A DNA stretch of 64,000 nt. Source: an uncultured Desulfarculus sp. GTDB lineage: Bacteria; Desulfobacterota; Desulfarculia; Desulfarculales; Desulfarculaceae. Position 1 is the first letter of the stretch. Each line of letters opens with the position of its first letter. Location: contig CAXXUK010000001.1 of assembly GCA_963665125.2 (NCBI GenBank), positions 448,001 through 512,000 of the forward strand. The letters run 5' to 3'. A program made the position numbers and the translations under genes. Below are positions 47,706 to 58,468 of the stretch, one piece after another. The notes beneath the pieces were generated by a model. It was not told the origin of the DNA and ran no database searches. It worked only from the letters and a program-made list of their open reading frames with translations.

Positions 47706-48905
47706 TTAAAGCCCTCGTCCACAGATACAGGGCTCCTGGCCGCAGGTGCAGCCATGGGGCTCTGTGCCGCATTGGCCTCCGCAACCGCATGATTCATGTG
47801 CATGGCTATGTTCGTGGCCGTGGTCATGGCCATGTTCGGCCAGACCCAGCCTGGTCCTCAGGCTGTGCCAAAGCGGCTTGACGGACAGGCCCAGGAGTAC
47901 GGCCGTGGCGGCCAGCTTGAGCCAGAGGGGCACGATCTCGCCGGCCCTGCCCATCACCGCCGCGGGGTCGATGGCCAGCCAGGCGTAGATCTGATCCAGG
48001 GCCAGGCCGCAGAGCAGCGCCATTAGAGCGATGGTGGCAAGGTAGATGGCCGTGGCCCGCTTGCCCAAAAGCTTGCCCAGCACGGTCAGCGAGGTGATGT
48101 TCGTGGCCGGTCCGGCCAGCAGGAACACCAGGGCCGCGCCTGGGCTGACACCCTTGAGAATCAGCGACGCGGCAATGGGCGTCGAGGACGTGGCGCAGAT
48201 ATATAGCGGGATGCCCACGGCCAGCATCACCAGCATGCTCAGCATGCCGCCGCCCAGATAGCGGCCCATCCACTCCGCGGGAATCAGGGCTCCGATGAGC
48301 CCGGACAGGAATATGCCTAGGAAAAAGGCCCCGGCCAGATGGCCCCATATCTCGCCGAAAGCATAGCGCAGCCCGGCAATTATTTTTTCCGAAAAAGTAT
48401 GGTGGGCAGCGTGTACCGCCGGATCGCAGCCGATGCCGTCGCAGCAGCCGTCCACCGGGCAGGTTAAATCAGGCGCGATTCGCCTGTCCGGCCGCCACTT
48501 GGCCGTGTTTTCGGCCACGCCGGCCGCCACGGCCGTGGCCATGGCCGATACGGGCCGGGCAATGGTCATCACCGGGTCCATCAGGGCGTAGGTCAGGGCA
48601 ATGCTGTCAACGCCGGACTCGGGTGTGGAGATTAAAAATGAGGTCACCGCGCCGTTGTTGGCTCCTTGCTCCTTGAGCGATGCCGCCGCGGGCATCACCC
48701 CGCAGGAGCACAGCGGCAGGGGTATGCCCAGGGCCGCGGCCTTGAACACCGACCTGTAGCGGCCCCGGCCCAGGTGTTGGGCCACGAAACCGGGCCGCAT
48801 GAACACCTTGACCATGCCGCCCAGAGCCAGACCGAACAGGATGTAAACGGCCGAGTCGCTGAGCACCCGCCATGCCTCCTCGAAGATGTTGATGATTATC
48901 TGCAT
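47706..48905 (-). CDS. Metal permease (SO_0444/DUF318 family, putative Cu/Zn efflux)
   Basis: PLPLCSCGV.P, STPESGVDS, PLYICATSSTP, FLLAGPATN; His/Cys-rich tail. Confidence 0.85.
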   Translation of the reverse strand: MQIIINIFEEAWRVLSDSAVYILFGLALGGMVKVFMRPGFVAQHLGRGRYRSVFKAAALGIPLPLCSCGVMPAAASLKEQGANNGAVTSFLISTPESGVDSIALTYALMDPVMTIARPVSAMATAVAAGVAENTAKWRPDRRIAPDLTCPVDGCCDGIGCDPAVHAAHHTFSEKIIAGLRYAFGEIWGHLAGAFFLGIFLSGLIGALIPAEWMGRYLGGGMLSMLVMLAVGIPLYICATSSTPIAASLILKGVSPGAALVFLLAGPATNITSLTVLGKLLGKRATAIYLATIALMALLCGLALDQIYAWLAIDPAAVMGRAGEIVPLWLKLAATAVLLGLSVKPLWHSLRTRLGLAEHGHDHGHEHSHAHESCGCGGQCGTEPHGCTCGQEPCICGRGL

Positions 48906-48915
48906 TGCGTATTTC

Positions 48916-49293
48916 CTAGGTGTGACGCAGGTGGTCCAGGGCCATCTGCAACTGGCCCGCCACGTGTAGGTCGTCAAGAGAGTAGTAGAGCATCTGCCCG
49001 TCACGGCGGGCCTTGATCAGCGACAAATCCCGCAGGCGGCGCAGGGCGTGGCTGACGGCCGAGTCGCTCATGCCGGTATAGGCCGCTATGTCGCAGACGC
49101 ACATCTCGCCGCCCATCAGGCCGGTGAGGATGCGCAGGCGGCTGGGGTCGCCCATGGCCTTGAAAATCAGGCTCATGCGCTCCAGTTCGGGTTCTTGCGG
49201 CGCTTCGCGGCGGGCCTGGCTGACCCGGTCCTCATGAATTACCTTGACCTGACAACCCTCATGAACAACCAGATTTGTTTTTCGCGTAGTCAT
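48916..49293 (-). CDS. ArsR/SmtB-family metalloregulator (SmtB/CadC-like)
   Basis: FKAMGDPSRLRIL, EMCVCDIA, SAVSHALRRL, YSLDDLHV...H. Confidence 0.9.
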   Translation of the reverse strand: MTTRKTNLVVHEGCQVKVIHEDRVSQARREAPQEPELERMSLIFKAMGDPSRLRILTGLMGGEMCVCDIAAYTGMSDSAVSHALRRLRDLSLIKARRDGQMLYYSLDDLHVAGQLQMALDHLRHT

Positions 49294-49307
49294 GTTTTAG
49301 TCTTAAA

Positions 49308-49329
49308 TATATGAACATATATTCATATA
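49308..49329. promoter_or_regulatory. SmtB/CzrA-type operator
   Basis: Perfect IR tatatgaa-catata-ttcatata (TGAA-N6-TTCA core) just upstream of the SmtB-like gene. Confidence 0.75.
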
Positions 49330-49374
49330 CAGCATATTTTTTGACCCCGCAAGAAGGTTTTTTGGTTGGGCACA

Positions 49375-49408
49375 CTTGACAATTTGGCCAAATGGCCATA
49401 TCGTCAAG
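49375..49408. promoter_or_regulatory. Operator/promoter of the second ArsR gene
   Basis: 16-bp arms cttgacaatttggcca-aa-tggccatatcgtcaag (2 mismatches), containing TTGACA. Confidence 0.65.
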
Positions 49409-49422
49409 CTTAGGAGGGAGAT

Positions 49423-49761
49423 ATGGACCAAAGAACCAAACTCAGAATGGAAGCCAGGGCCAAGGTGCTAAAGGCCATGGCCCATCCCTCGCGGTTGTTC
49501 ATCGTCGATACGCTGGCTAATGGCGAGTGTAGCGTGGCCGAGTTGACCAAGCTTATCGGCTGTGACATGTCCACCGTGAGCAAGCATCTGGCCCAACTAA
49601 AGGCTGCGGGCATCGTCAGCGACCGCCGCGAGGCCTCCCAGGTTTTTTACAGCCTCACCGCGCCGTGCGTGATGGGCTTTTTCGATTGTATTGAAAACGT
49701 CCTCCGGCAGGGTCTGCAGACCCAGATCGAGCTGGTGGATGCGGTGGTGGAGCGGAACTGA
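49423..49761 (+). CDS. ArsR-family transcriptional regulator
   Basis: LKAMAHPSRLFI, STVSKHLAQLK, C-terminal PCV..FFDC. Confidence 0.9.
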   Translation: MDQRTKLRMEARAKVLKAMAHPSRLFIVDTLANGECSVAELTKLIGCDMSTVSKHLAQLKAAGIVSDRREASQVFYSLTAPCVMGFFDCIENVLRQGLQTQIELVDAVVERN

Positions 49762-50948
49762 TGGAACAGTCACACAAGGATGAGTTGAAGAAATTTATCT
49801 GGCTGGTGTTGGGCTTTTCGTCGGCCTATTTTATTCCCTGGGGATCGGCTACCGTCAGCGGCGCCGTGAACGAGGCCTTCCTGATGCTCCAGGAATACGC
49901 CCGGGAGCACGTGCTGCTGTGCCTGGTTCCGGCTTTCTTCATCGCCGGCGCCATCGCCGTGTTCGTCAGCCAGGCCGCCGTGCTCAAGTACTTCGGCCCC
50001 AAGGCCAAGAAGCTGCTGAGCTACTCGGTGGCCTCGGTCTCCGGTTCGGTGTTGGCCGTGTGCTCGTGCACGGTGCTGCCGCTGTTCGCGGGCATCTACG
50101 CCAGGGGCGCGGGCATCGGCCCGGCAACGGCCTTTCTTTACAGCGGCCCGGCCATCAACGTCCTGGCCGTGGTGCTTACGGCCCAGATCCTGGGCTGGAA
50201 GCTTGGCTTGGCCAGGGCCATCGGCGCGATCCTTTTCGCCATTGTCACCGGACTGCTGATGGCCTTTTTCTTCCGCAAGGACGAGGCCCAGCGCCAGGCC
50301 GGCGAGATATTCCTGCCCGAGAGCGAGGACACCGGCCGGGCCTTGTGGCAGGACGGCGCCTTCATGCTGGGTCTGGTGCTGATCCTGATTTCGGCCACCC
50401 TGCACGCGCCAGAGCCCGGCAGCCAAGGCCTGTACGCGGCCATCTTCGGGGCCAAGTGGTGGATCGTCGCGGCCCTGCTCATCGCCACTGGCCTGATGCT
50501 TTGGCGCTGGTTCGCCAAGTGGGAAATGACGGCCTGGGTCGACAGCACCTGGGGCTTCGCCAAGCAGATATTCCCCTTGCTGGCCATGGGCGTCTTGGCC
50601 GCCGGTTTCCTGCTGGGCCGCCCAGACCACCACGGCGTCATTCCGGAGGAATGGGTGCAAATGATGGTGGGCGGCAACGGCATTGGAGCCAATTTCTTCT
50701 CAGCCCTGGCCGGAGCCTTCATGTACTTCGCCACCCTTACCGAGGTGCCGATCCTTCAGGGCCTTTTGGGCAAGGGCATGGGCCAGGGTCCCGCCTTGGC
50801 CCTGATGCTGGCCGGACCGGCCCTGTCGCTGCCCAATATGCTGGTCATCGCCAGCGTCATGGGCTGGAAGAAGACCACGGTGTTCTGCGCGATAATCGTG
50901 GTTATGTCCACCTTGGCGGGAGTCATTTACGGGAGCATGGTGGCCTGA
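49761..50948 (+). CDS. Permease (DUF318/ArsP-like)
   Basis: HVLLCLVPAFFIAG, VCSCTVLPLF, GPAIN, YFATLTEVP, GPALSLP. Confidence 0.88.
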   Translation: MEQSHKDELKKFIWLVLGFSSAYFIPWGSATVSGAVNEAFLMLQEYAREHVLLCLVPAFFIAGAIAVFVSQAAVLKYFGPKAKKLLSYSVASVSGSVLAVCSCTVLPLFAGIYARGAGIGPATAFLYSGPAINVLAVVLTAQILGWKLGLARAIGAILFAIVTGLLMAFFFRKDEAQRQAGEIFLPESEDTGRALWQDGAFMLGLVLILISATLHAPEPGSQGLYAAIFGAKWWIVAALLIATGLMLWRWFAKWEMTAWVDSTWGFAKQIFPLLAMGVLAAGFLLGRPDHHGVIPEEWVQMMVGGNGIGANFFSALAGAFMYFATLTEVPILQGLLGKGMGQGPALALMLAGPALSLPNMLVIASVMGWKKTTVFCAIIVVMSTLAGVIYGSMVA

Positions 50949-50949
50949 C

Positions 50950-51453
50950 ATGGGCGATGACAGCCGCATAATCAAGGTGGGCCAGAACAAGGTCGGCCTG
51001 CGGGGCCTGGATCAGGCCGTGGCTGAAATGACCGCGGAGTGGGCGAGCCGCCCTGACGGCGAAATCGGGATGGAGCTTGCCCGGCGCATGCAAAAGCAGA
51101 ACTACATCTCCGACGCGGCTCTGGATAAATACGCCAAGGCCCTGGCCGGGCATTTCCGGCGGGAAACAGGAAGCGCTACCATTGGCGACAGTGCTACGGA
51201 AAGCGGCGCGCTGGAAATCCGGGTCCTGGGCATAGGCTGCTCCCAATGCACCCGCCTGACCCAGTTGGCCATGGAGGCCGTGGCCCAGCTGGGCCTGCCC
51301 GCCGACGTGGAGCACATAATCGACGTCAAACAAATAGCGTCCTACGGAGTGATCGGCTCGCCCGCCCTGCTCATCGCGGGCAAGGCCGTGGCCGTGGGTC
51401 ACGTGCCGTCCAAGGAACGCATAATTAAGTGGCTTGAGCAATACACCAATTAA
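50950..51453 (+). CDS. Thioredoxin-like (small redox-active disulfide type) with N-terminal extension
   Basis: IRVLGIGCSQC, YGVIGSPALLI. Confidence 0.85.
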   Translation: MGDDSRIIKVGQNKVGLRGLDQAVAEMTAEWASRPDGEIGMELARRMQKQNYISDAALDKYAKALAGHFRRETGSATIGDSATESGALEIRVLGIGCSQCTRLTQLAMEAVAQLGLPADVEHIIDVKQIASYGVIGSPALLIAGKAVAVGHVPSKERIIKWLEQYTN

Positions 51454-51472
51454 CCAAGAGAGGTTGTTTGAA

Positions 51473-51706
51473 ATGAAAATTAAAGTATTGGGACCCGGAT
51501 GCGCGAAGTGCCAAAAAACCTATGATCTGGTCAACGAGGCCCTGGCCGACAGTGGGCAACAGGCCGATGTGGAAAAGGTCACCGGAATGATGGACATCGC
51601 GGCCTATGGCGTGATGGGCACCCCGGCGGTTGTTGTGGACGAGAAGGTAAAGTGCGTCGGCAAGATTCCGTCCAAGGATGAGATCATCTCCTGGATCAAA
51701 GGCTGA
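51473..51706 (+). CDS. Small redox-active disulfide protein 2 (thioredoxin family)
   Basis: MKIKVLGPGCAKC, YGVMGTPAVVVD. Confidence 0.9.
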   Translation: MKIKVLGPGCAKCQKTYDLVNEALADSGQQADVEKVTGMMDIAAYGVMGTPAVVVDEKVKCVGKIPSKDEIISWIKG

Positions 51707-51948
51707 TACTCTAAAATTTTTAGGGTGTTGGGTGCAATAGCGCCGGGTAGTGTTGGAAATCGCCACTCTAATGGTAATATTTACTAAATCGTGTTTCGAA
51801 CGATAAAAGATGTTTAGGCGGCGACGGTGCTGTTTAAACTGGTAATGGAAATATGTAATAATCAGTTGCTTAATTGACTGTTACCCGGTTTGATGCACCG
51901 AACGTGAGTTGCGATCCAATACAAATAATTGGCGGGAGATATCATTTG

Positions 51949-52323
51949 ATGACCACATTCAGGTTGGCCGTAATCACCTTGGCAATATTCATCGTTTCCA
52001 CTGCTTGGGCAGCCCCCAAGGTGGAGCAAGGCAACGAGCCGGTAAAGGGCATGAAGACCCTGATCCAGGGCGGTTACTCCAAATGCGGTTTTTGCACGGT
52101 CATGGAGCCAACCATCGAGTACCTGGATAAACAATTCAAGGACAAGCTGGCCGTGCGTTATGTCGATGTGCTCAAGGACGTCGCATTCCGGCAAAAGTAC
52201 GGTATCGACTCCGCCCCGGTGCAGCTTTTGTTTGACGACAAGGGCAAGCTGGTGATGACCCACGTGGGCTTTTGCACCAAGGATGAACTCCTGGAGATGC
52301 TCAAAGAGCACGGCATCCAGTAG
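51949..52323 (+). CDS. Exported thioredoxin-family protein
   Basis: Signal peptide, CGFC, YGIDSAP, HVGF. Confidence 0.8.
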   Translation: MTTFRLAVITLAIFIVSTAWAAPKVEQGNEPVKGMKTLIQGGYSKCGFCTVMEPTIEYLDKQFKDKLAVRYVDVLKDVAFRQKYGIDSAPVQLLFDDKGKLVMTHVGFCTKDELLEMLKEHGIQ

Positions 52324-52503
52324 CCTCCGCCGCGAAACGGGCAACAAATCAGACGCCGCTCCTCATCAGGGGCGGCATTTGTTTATAGCTTGCAACCGCT
52401 GTTTGACACCTCGGATTTGTTGAAATATTCTTGTGATTCGTTTTAACAAGGCGGGTCCGGCCTTCGGGCCTTTGCACATATTAAATAACCGCGGAGAATT
52501 ACC

Positions 52504-54006
52504 ATGCGCCCTGAACAGTTCGCACCAGAGGATCAAAAGCACCTGCTGCCCCAACCCGGCGGCCGGTTGGCCTACCGCTGCCTGGGCTGCGGCAAGACCC
52601 ATGGCATTGACGAACTGCTCTACACCTGCATCGAGTGTGGCCAGGTCCTTTTGATCGAAGACCAGGACTTCGACCGCCTCAAGCGGATCGACGGCCCCGG
52701 CTGGCGGCGCATCTTCGACCTGCGGCGCATGCTCAACATCACGGCGCTCAAAGGCATCTTCCGCTATGCCGAACTGATGGCCCCGGTGGTGCCCCTGGAT
52801 TCGGTCTTGTACCTGGGCGAGGGCCACACGCCCATTGTCGAGGCCAGTCCGCTGTTAAAGCAAACGCTGGGTCTTGATTTCGCCTTTAAGAACGACGGCC
52901 AGAACCCCAGCGCCTCGTTCAAGGACCGGGGCATGGCCGTGGCCCTGAGCTATATCAACTACCTGATCAGGCACAAGGACGCCGGCGAGATCCTGAGCAT
53001 CTGCGCCAGCACGGGCGACACGTCCGCCGCGGCGGCCCTGTACGGAGCGTACCTTGCCCCGACCGTGAAAAGCGCGGTGCTCCTGCCCAGGGGCAAGGTT
53101 ACGCCCCAGCAGCTCAGCCAGCCCCTGGGCTCGGGCGCGGCGGTGATGGAGATCCCCGGCGTATTTGACGACTGCATGAAGGTCGTCGAGCACTTGGCCG
53201 AAAACTACAAGGTGGCGCTTCTCAACAGCAAGAACGCCTGGCGCATCCTGGGCCAGGAGTCATATTCCTACGAGATCGCCCAGGACCTGGATTATGACCT
53301 GACGGGCCAGGCCGTGTTCGTGCCCATCGGCAATGCGGGAAACGTCAGCGCGGTTATGAGCGGCTTCATGAAGCTCTATGACCTGGGCATCATCACCAGC
53401 CTGCCTAAGGTCATCGGCGTGCAGAGCCACCACGCCGACCCGGTGTTCCAGTATTACCTGGAGCCCGACGGCGCCAAGCGGGTCTGGCGGCCGGTGACCG
53501 TGCAGGCCTCGGTGGCCCAAGCGGCCATGATCGGCAACCCGGTGTCCATGCCCAGGGTCATCGAGCTGGCCAACCGCTACGAGGCCATCTACGGCGGCGG
53601 CGGGTTTTACGTGGTCCAGGTGGCCGAGCAGGAGATCATGGACAACATGATCCTTGCCAACCGCCACGGCCATATCGTTTGCACCCAGGGCGGCGAATCT
53701 CTGGCCGGTTTGGCCGCGGCCAAACAGGCGGGCGTGATTTCGGATAACGAACACGCCATCTGCGACGCCACGGCCCACCACCTGAAGTTCATCGGCTTTC
53801 AGCAGATGTACTTTGAAGACAGTTTTCCGCCGGAGTTCGGCGTCAAGCCCCGCAAGGACCTGGTCAACATGCCCCAGGAAGTGGCGGCCCTGCCCGAGGA
53901 CCAGCTTCCCGCGCCGGGCAAGCCTCTGGAGGCCGAGGCCTTCCGCCGTTTTGTCGAGGCCACCTCGGGTGAAGTGGCCAAGCGTTTGGGCCTGGAGAAA
54001 AAGTAA
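52504..54006 (+). CDS. thrC: Threonine synthase
   Basis: LGEGHTP, NPSASFKDRG, CASTGDTS, VPIGNAGN. Confidence 0.93.
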   Translation: MRPEQFAPEDQKHLLPQPGGRLAYRCLGCGKTHGIDELLYTCIECGQVLLIEDQDFDRLKRIDGPGWRRIFDLRRMLNITALKGIFRYAELMAPVVPLDSVLYLGEGHTPIVEASPLLKQTLGLDFAFKNDGQNPSASFKDRGMAVALSYINYLIRHKDAGEILSICASTGDTSAAAALYGAYLAPTVKSAVLLPRGKVTPQQLSQPLGSGAAVMEIPGVFDDCMKVVEHLAENYKVALLNSKNAWRILGQESYSYEIAQDLDYDLTGQAVFVPIGNAGNVSAVMSGFMKLYDLGIITSLPKVIGVQSHHADPVFQYYLEPDGAKRVWRPVTVQASVAQAAMIGNPVSMPRVIELANRYEAIYGGGGFYVVQVAEQEIMDNMILANRHGHIVCTQGGESLAGLAAAKQAGVISDNEHAICDATAHHLKFIGFQQMYFEDSFPPEFGVKPRKDLVNMPQEVAALPEDQLPAPGKPLEAEAFRRFVEATSGEVAKRLGLEKK

Positions 54007-54434
54007 TGGGTGTTTTTGATGCCGAACCATTGAGCGATGACGGCGGCTGCTTTGCCTGCGGAAAGACCAACCCCCGGGGCCTGCGCATGGTGGTGGAGTA
54101 TGAAGGCGACGAGGCGGTCTGCCGCATAAACCTGCCCGGTGAATACCAGGGCTGGCCGGGCATCGCCCACGGCGGCATAGTGGCCGTTTTGCTGGATGAA
54201 ATCATGGCCCACGCCCTGATCCATGCGGCCCGCCACGGCATCACCACCAAGATGGAGACCACCTACAAGGCCCCGGTGCATCTGGGCCGCGACCTGGAAG
54301 TGCGGGGCCGGGTGGCCAGCCTGCGCAGCCGCATGGCCGTGGTGGAGGGCTTTGTCAGCGAGGCCGAAAGCGGCAAGCTGCTGGCCCAGAGCAAGGCCGA
54401 CTTTTTGCTGCGGCGGGGCGCGGAAGAGCGGTGA
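54006..54434 (+). CDS. PaaI-family (hotdog) thioesterase
   Basis: CFACGKTNPRGL, YQGWPGIAHGGIVAVLLDE. Confidence 0.88.
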   Translation: MGVFDAEPLSDDGGCFACGKTNPRGLRMVVEYEGDEAVCRINLPGEYQGWPGIAHGGIVAVLLDEIMAHALIHAARHGITTKMETTYKAPVHLGRDLEVRGRVASLRSRMAVVEGFVSEAESGKLLAQSKADFLLRRGAEER

Positions 54435-54904
54435 AGCAGGCGCTGCTCACCGTGGGCAAACCTTCGGCCAAGTATGTGGCCCAGGGCCTGGACGACTATG
54501 CCGGGCGCATGAAGCAATTCGGCGGTATGGAGCTTGTCCACGTTCGGGCGGCCAAGGCCTCCAAGAACCGTTCGCCGGCCGAGATCATGGCCGAGGATGC
54601 CCAGCGGATTCTGGCCAAGCTTGAGCCGGCCGATCTGGTTTGGGTCTTGGACGTGGCGGGCAAGGCCTGGACCAGCCACGAGTGGGCCTCGGAGGTGGAA
54701 AACGCCCGGCTCAGCGGCAAACGGCGGCTGGTGTTGGTGGTCGGCGGGCATCTTGGATTCGCGCCCGAGGTATTGCAACGGGCCGACCAGCGCATCAGCT
54801 TCGGGCCCCAGACCATGGCCCACGAATTGGCGGCCCTGGTGGCGGCCGAACAGATCTACCGGGCCTGCACCATCCTGGCGGGCATGCCCTATCACCGGGA
54901 ATGA
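54431..54904 (+). CDS. rlmH: 23S rRNA pseudouridine-1915 N3-methyltransferase
   Basis: VGK, LDVAGK, VGGHLG, T.AHEL...EQIYRA.TI..G.PYHRE. Confidence 0.92.
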   Translation: MKQALLTVGKPSAKYVAQGLDDYAGRMKQFGGMELVHVRAAKASKNRSPAEIMAEDAQRILAKLEPADLVWVLDVAGKAWTSHEWASEVENARLSGKRRLVLVVGGHLGFAPEVLQRADQRISFGPQTMAHELAALVAAEQIYRACTILAGMPYHRE

Positions 54905-54907
54905 TCT

Positions 54908-55501
54908 CTAGCTGGCCAAGGTTTCCATGGCCGGGGGATTGTCGACAATGCTCTTGGCCGCCAGCCCGATACTCGTCCGGGCGTCGTCGGCCATTTTTTG
55001 CAGATAGTCTTCCGCCTGAATGGGATCCCAGTCCATTTTCGACATCAGGATTCCCTTGGCCCGCTCTACAAACTTGCGTTGCTCCAACTCCGTGCGCCTT
55101 TCGGCGCTGTCCTGGGCCAGCTTGGCCAGGCGTATACGGTTTTTCATGGCCAAGTCAATGGATATTGCCAGGTGGCGCGTGTCGATGGGCCTGAGCGCCA
55201 ATGCGTCGATGGGTATGCGCGCCTTTCTGACGGCATCGGAGGCCTGTTCAGGATCGGCCAGCAGCACCACGGCCGAAGACGCAAGGGCCGCCAGCGTGGG
55301 GGCAGGGGCCCTGCGAAGCTGATCTTCATCCACGATCACGGCCAGCGGTTGTCGGCGGCGGCAAAGATCCTCGACCAGTTCGATGTCGGTTAGGCAGGCG
55401 CAGACATTGATCCCATGGACCTTGAGACCGGCCGAGATATATTCGGCCTGCTTTCGGTCTTCGGAGACGATGATAATCTCTAGGTCGACTGTTTGTTCCA
55501 T
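54908..55501 (-). CDS. ANTAR-domain response regulator (atypical receiver)
   Basis: LEQRKFVERAKGILM...A...LQKMA ANTAR signature; degenerate receiver. Confidence 0.85.
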   Translation of the reverse strand: MEQTVDLEIIIVSEDRKQAEYISAGLKVHGINVCACLTDIELVEDLCRRRQPLAVIVDEDQLRRAPAPTLAALASSAVVLLADPEQASDAVRKARIPIDALALRPIDTRHLAISIDLAMKNRIRLAKLAQDSAERRTELEQRKFVERAKGILMSKMDWDPIQAEDYLQKMADDARTSIGLAAKSIVDNPPAMETLAS

Positions 55502-55515
55502 TGCTGCTTTTTAGG

Positions 55516-56169
55516 CTAGTCGCTGTTGAGCCTGGCGAATTCGTCAACGGGCACTATCAGCTTGGCTGCCAGACCGTGCGGCGTATTGTCCAATTGCATG
55601 TCACCGCCCAAATCCCGTTGGGCAATGGCTTTGGCCAGGCGCAGACCCAGGCCCGCGTCCGTGTCCGGGTCGAAGTTCAGGGGTAGACCCAGCCCATTAT
55701 CCAATATCCGCAACCATAATTCATCTGAATTCTGCCCGCCATCTATGTCCAGGCGGACTTCGGTGGCGATTTGGCCGTGGACCACGCTGTTGTCGACGAT
55801 TTCACCGATCCAAAGGGCAAAAGGAGTACACAGGCGCAGGTGCAGGTTTGCATCAATAGTCTTTGCGGTGACGCTGATTTCCACACCATAACGCGAGGCG
55901 CAGCGCCGGGCAATCTCCTTGGCCAGGGAATCCAGCGAAGGCGTCTTTCCCGAGTCGGCGATCATCGCATAGGCCGAGCCGACCACGGTGATGCGTTTTT
56001 GCATGGCTTCAGAGAGGTCTTCAATGGTGCCGGCCTGGGCCTGGGCCAGAATGAGCAGGTTCAGAATGGTTTGCAGATCATTTTTAACGCGGTGACAAAC
56101 GCGCCTGGTTGTCTGGGCGACGGGCTCCGGTTTTTCCGGGGCGGTGGTGTTGTTTTGCGTCCCGGTCAC
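55516..56169 (-). CDS. HisKA_2-type histidine kinase lacking a sensor domain
   Basis: HRVKNDLQ, EIVDNSVVHG, DNGLGLP, GLGLRL. Confidence 0.82.
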   Translation of the reverse strand: MTGTQNNTTAPEKPEPVAQTTRRVCHRVKNDLQTILNLLILAQAQAGTIEDLSEAMQKRITVVGSAYAMIADSGKTPSLDSLAKEIARRCASRYGVEISVTAKTIDANLHLRLCTPFALWIGEIVDNSVVHGQIATEVRLDIDGGQNSDELWLRILDNGLGLPLNFDPDTDAGLGLRLAKAIAQRDLGGDMQLDNTPHGLAAKLIVPVDEFARLNSD

Positions 56170-56221
56170 TCTGTCCTCGGGTTTGGTGGGCTGCGCCGCC
56201 GGTGGGGCGGCGCAGCGGCCG

Positions 56222-56443
56222 CTATACGGATTCGACTTTTTGTACCTCGGGAATGTGCTGCTTGAGAACTTTTTCGATGCCCATCTTAAGGGTCATCTGG
56301 CTCATGGGGCAACCCTTGCAGGCGCCTTGCAGTTGAACCTTGACCACGCCGTCGTCGGTAACGTCAACCAGCGCGACGTCGCCGCCGTCCTTTTGCAGGG
56401 CCGGGCGGATCTTGTCCAGGGCTTGTTTTACTTTTTCCTTCAT
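56222..56443 (-). CDS. NifU C-terminal (Nfu) domain protein
   Basis: IRPALQKDGGDV, LQGACKGCPMS..TLK.GIE. Confidence 0.92.
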   Translation of the reverse strand: MKEKVKQALDKIRPALQKDGGDVALVDVTDDGVVKVQLQGACKGCPMSQMTLKMGIEKVLKQHIPEVQKVESV

Positions 56444-56468
56444 CGGGTTTCCTCCGGTGCCTATAAAA

Positions 56469-57362
56469 TTACAGCCCCTTGCCGGTGAGACGGGTCAAGG
56501 CCTCTAAATAGCGCGCGCGAGTGCCGTCTAGCACTTCGGCGGGCAGTTTGGGGGGCGGTGGTTGCTTGTTGAAATTGATGCTTTCCAGGTAGTCGCGCAG
56601 AAACTGCTTGTCAAAACTGTTCTGCGAGCGGCCGGCTTCGTATTCATCAGCAGGCCAGAAGCGGCTTGAATCCGGCGTGAGCACCTCGTCGATGAGGATC
56701 AACTGGTCATTGCAAATGCCGAATTCAAACTTGGTGTCGGCGATGATGATGCCCGCCTCGGCGGCCTTGTCCCGGGCCCGGCTGTAAATGGCCAGGGCGC
56801 GGTTCGACACCTGCTCGGCCAGGTCCTTGCCGAGGATCTCCTCCGTCTTTTGCAGGTCTATGTTTTCGTCGTGCTCGCCCAACTCGGCCTTGGTGCTAGG
56901 GGTGAACAGCGGGGTTTCCAGCTTTTGGCTTTCCACCAGGCCCTGGGGCAGCTTGTAGCCGCACAGCGAGCCGGTTTCCTGATAATCTTTCCAGCCACTG
57001 CCGGTGATGTAACCGCGCACGATGGCCTCGATGGGCAGGGGCTTGGCCTTTTTCACCAGCATGGCGCGGCCTTCCAACTGGTCGCGGTACTTGTGAAGCT
57101 GTTTTGGGAAATCATCGACCTCCCAGGCCACCAGGTGGTTGGGGGTGATGTCGGCCATTTGCTCGAACCAGTATAGGGAAATCTGGGTCAGAACCTTGCC
57201 TTTGTCCGGCACCGGATCGTCCATGATCACGTCAAAGGCGCTGATGCGGTCGCTGGCCACGATGAGCAGGTGTTCGCCCAGGTCGTAAATATCTCTGACC
57301 TTGCCGCGGCCCACCAGGGGTATATCTTCCAAATTTGTCTGTATTACAGGCATATTGGCCAT
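56469..57362 (-). CDS. purC: SAICAR synthetase
   Basis: [45 protein letters not shown]. Confidence 0.97.
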   Translation of the reverse strand: MANMPVIQTNLEDIPLVGRGKVRDIYDLGEHLLIVASDRISAFDVIMDDPVPDKGKVLTQISLYWFEQMADITPNHLVAWEVDDFPKQLHKYRDQLEGRAMLVKKAKPLPIEAIVRGYITGSGWKDYQETGSLCGYKLPQGLVESQKLETPLFTPSTKAELGEHDENIDLQKTEEILGKDLAEQVSNRALAIYSRARDKAAEAGIIIADTKFEFGICNDQLILIDEVLTPDSSRFWPADEYEAGRSQNSFDKQFLRDYLESINFNKQPPPPKLPAEVLDGTRARYLEALTRLTGKGL

Positions 57363-57454
57363 AAATCACCTCATAATAAAAGCCCTTTCGCCCAATGCCC
57401 GGCAGCGTTGACGCGGAAGGGGAGTCAGTAGTATTGTTGGGTCTGACAGACTAA

Positions 57455-58423
<969 letters not shown>

Positions 58424-58468
58424 CCAATAAAGGCCAAATAGGCAGACAACAGTGCCGCCGGAGGGTTT

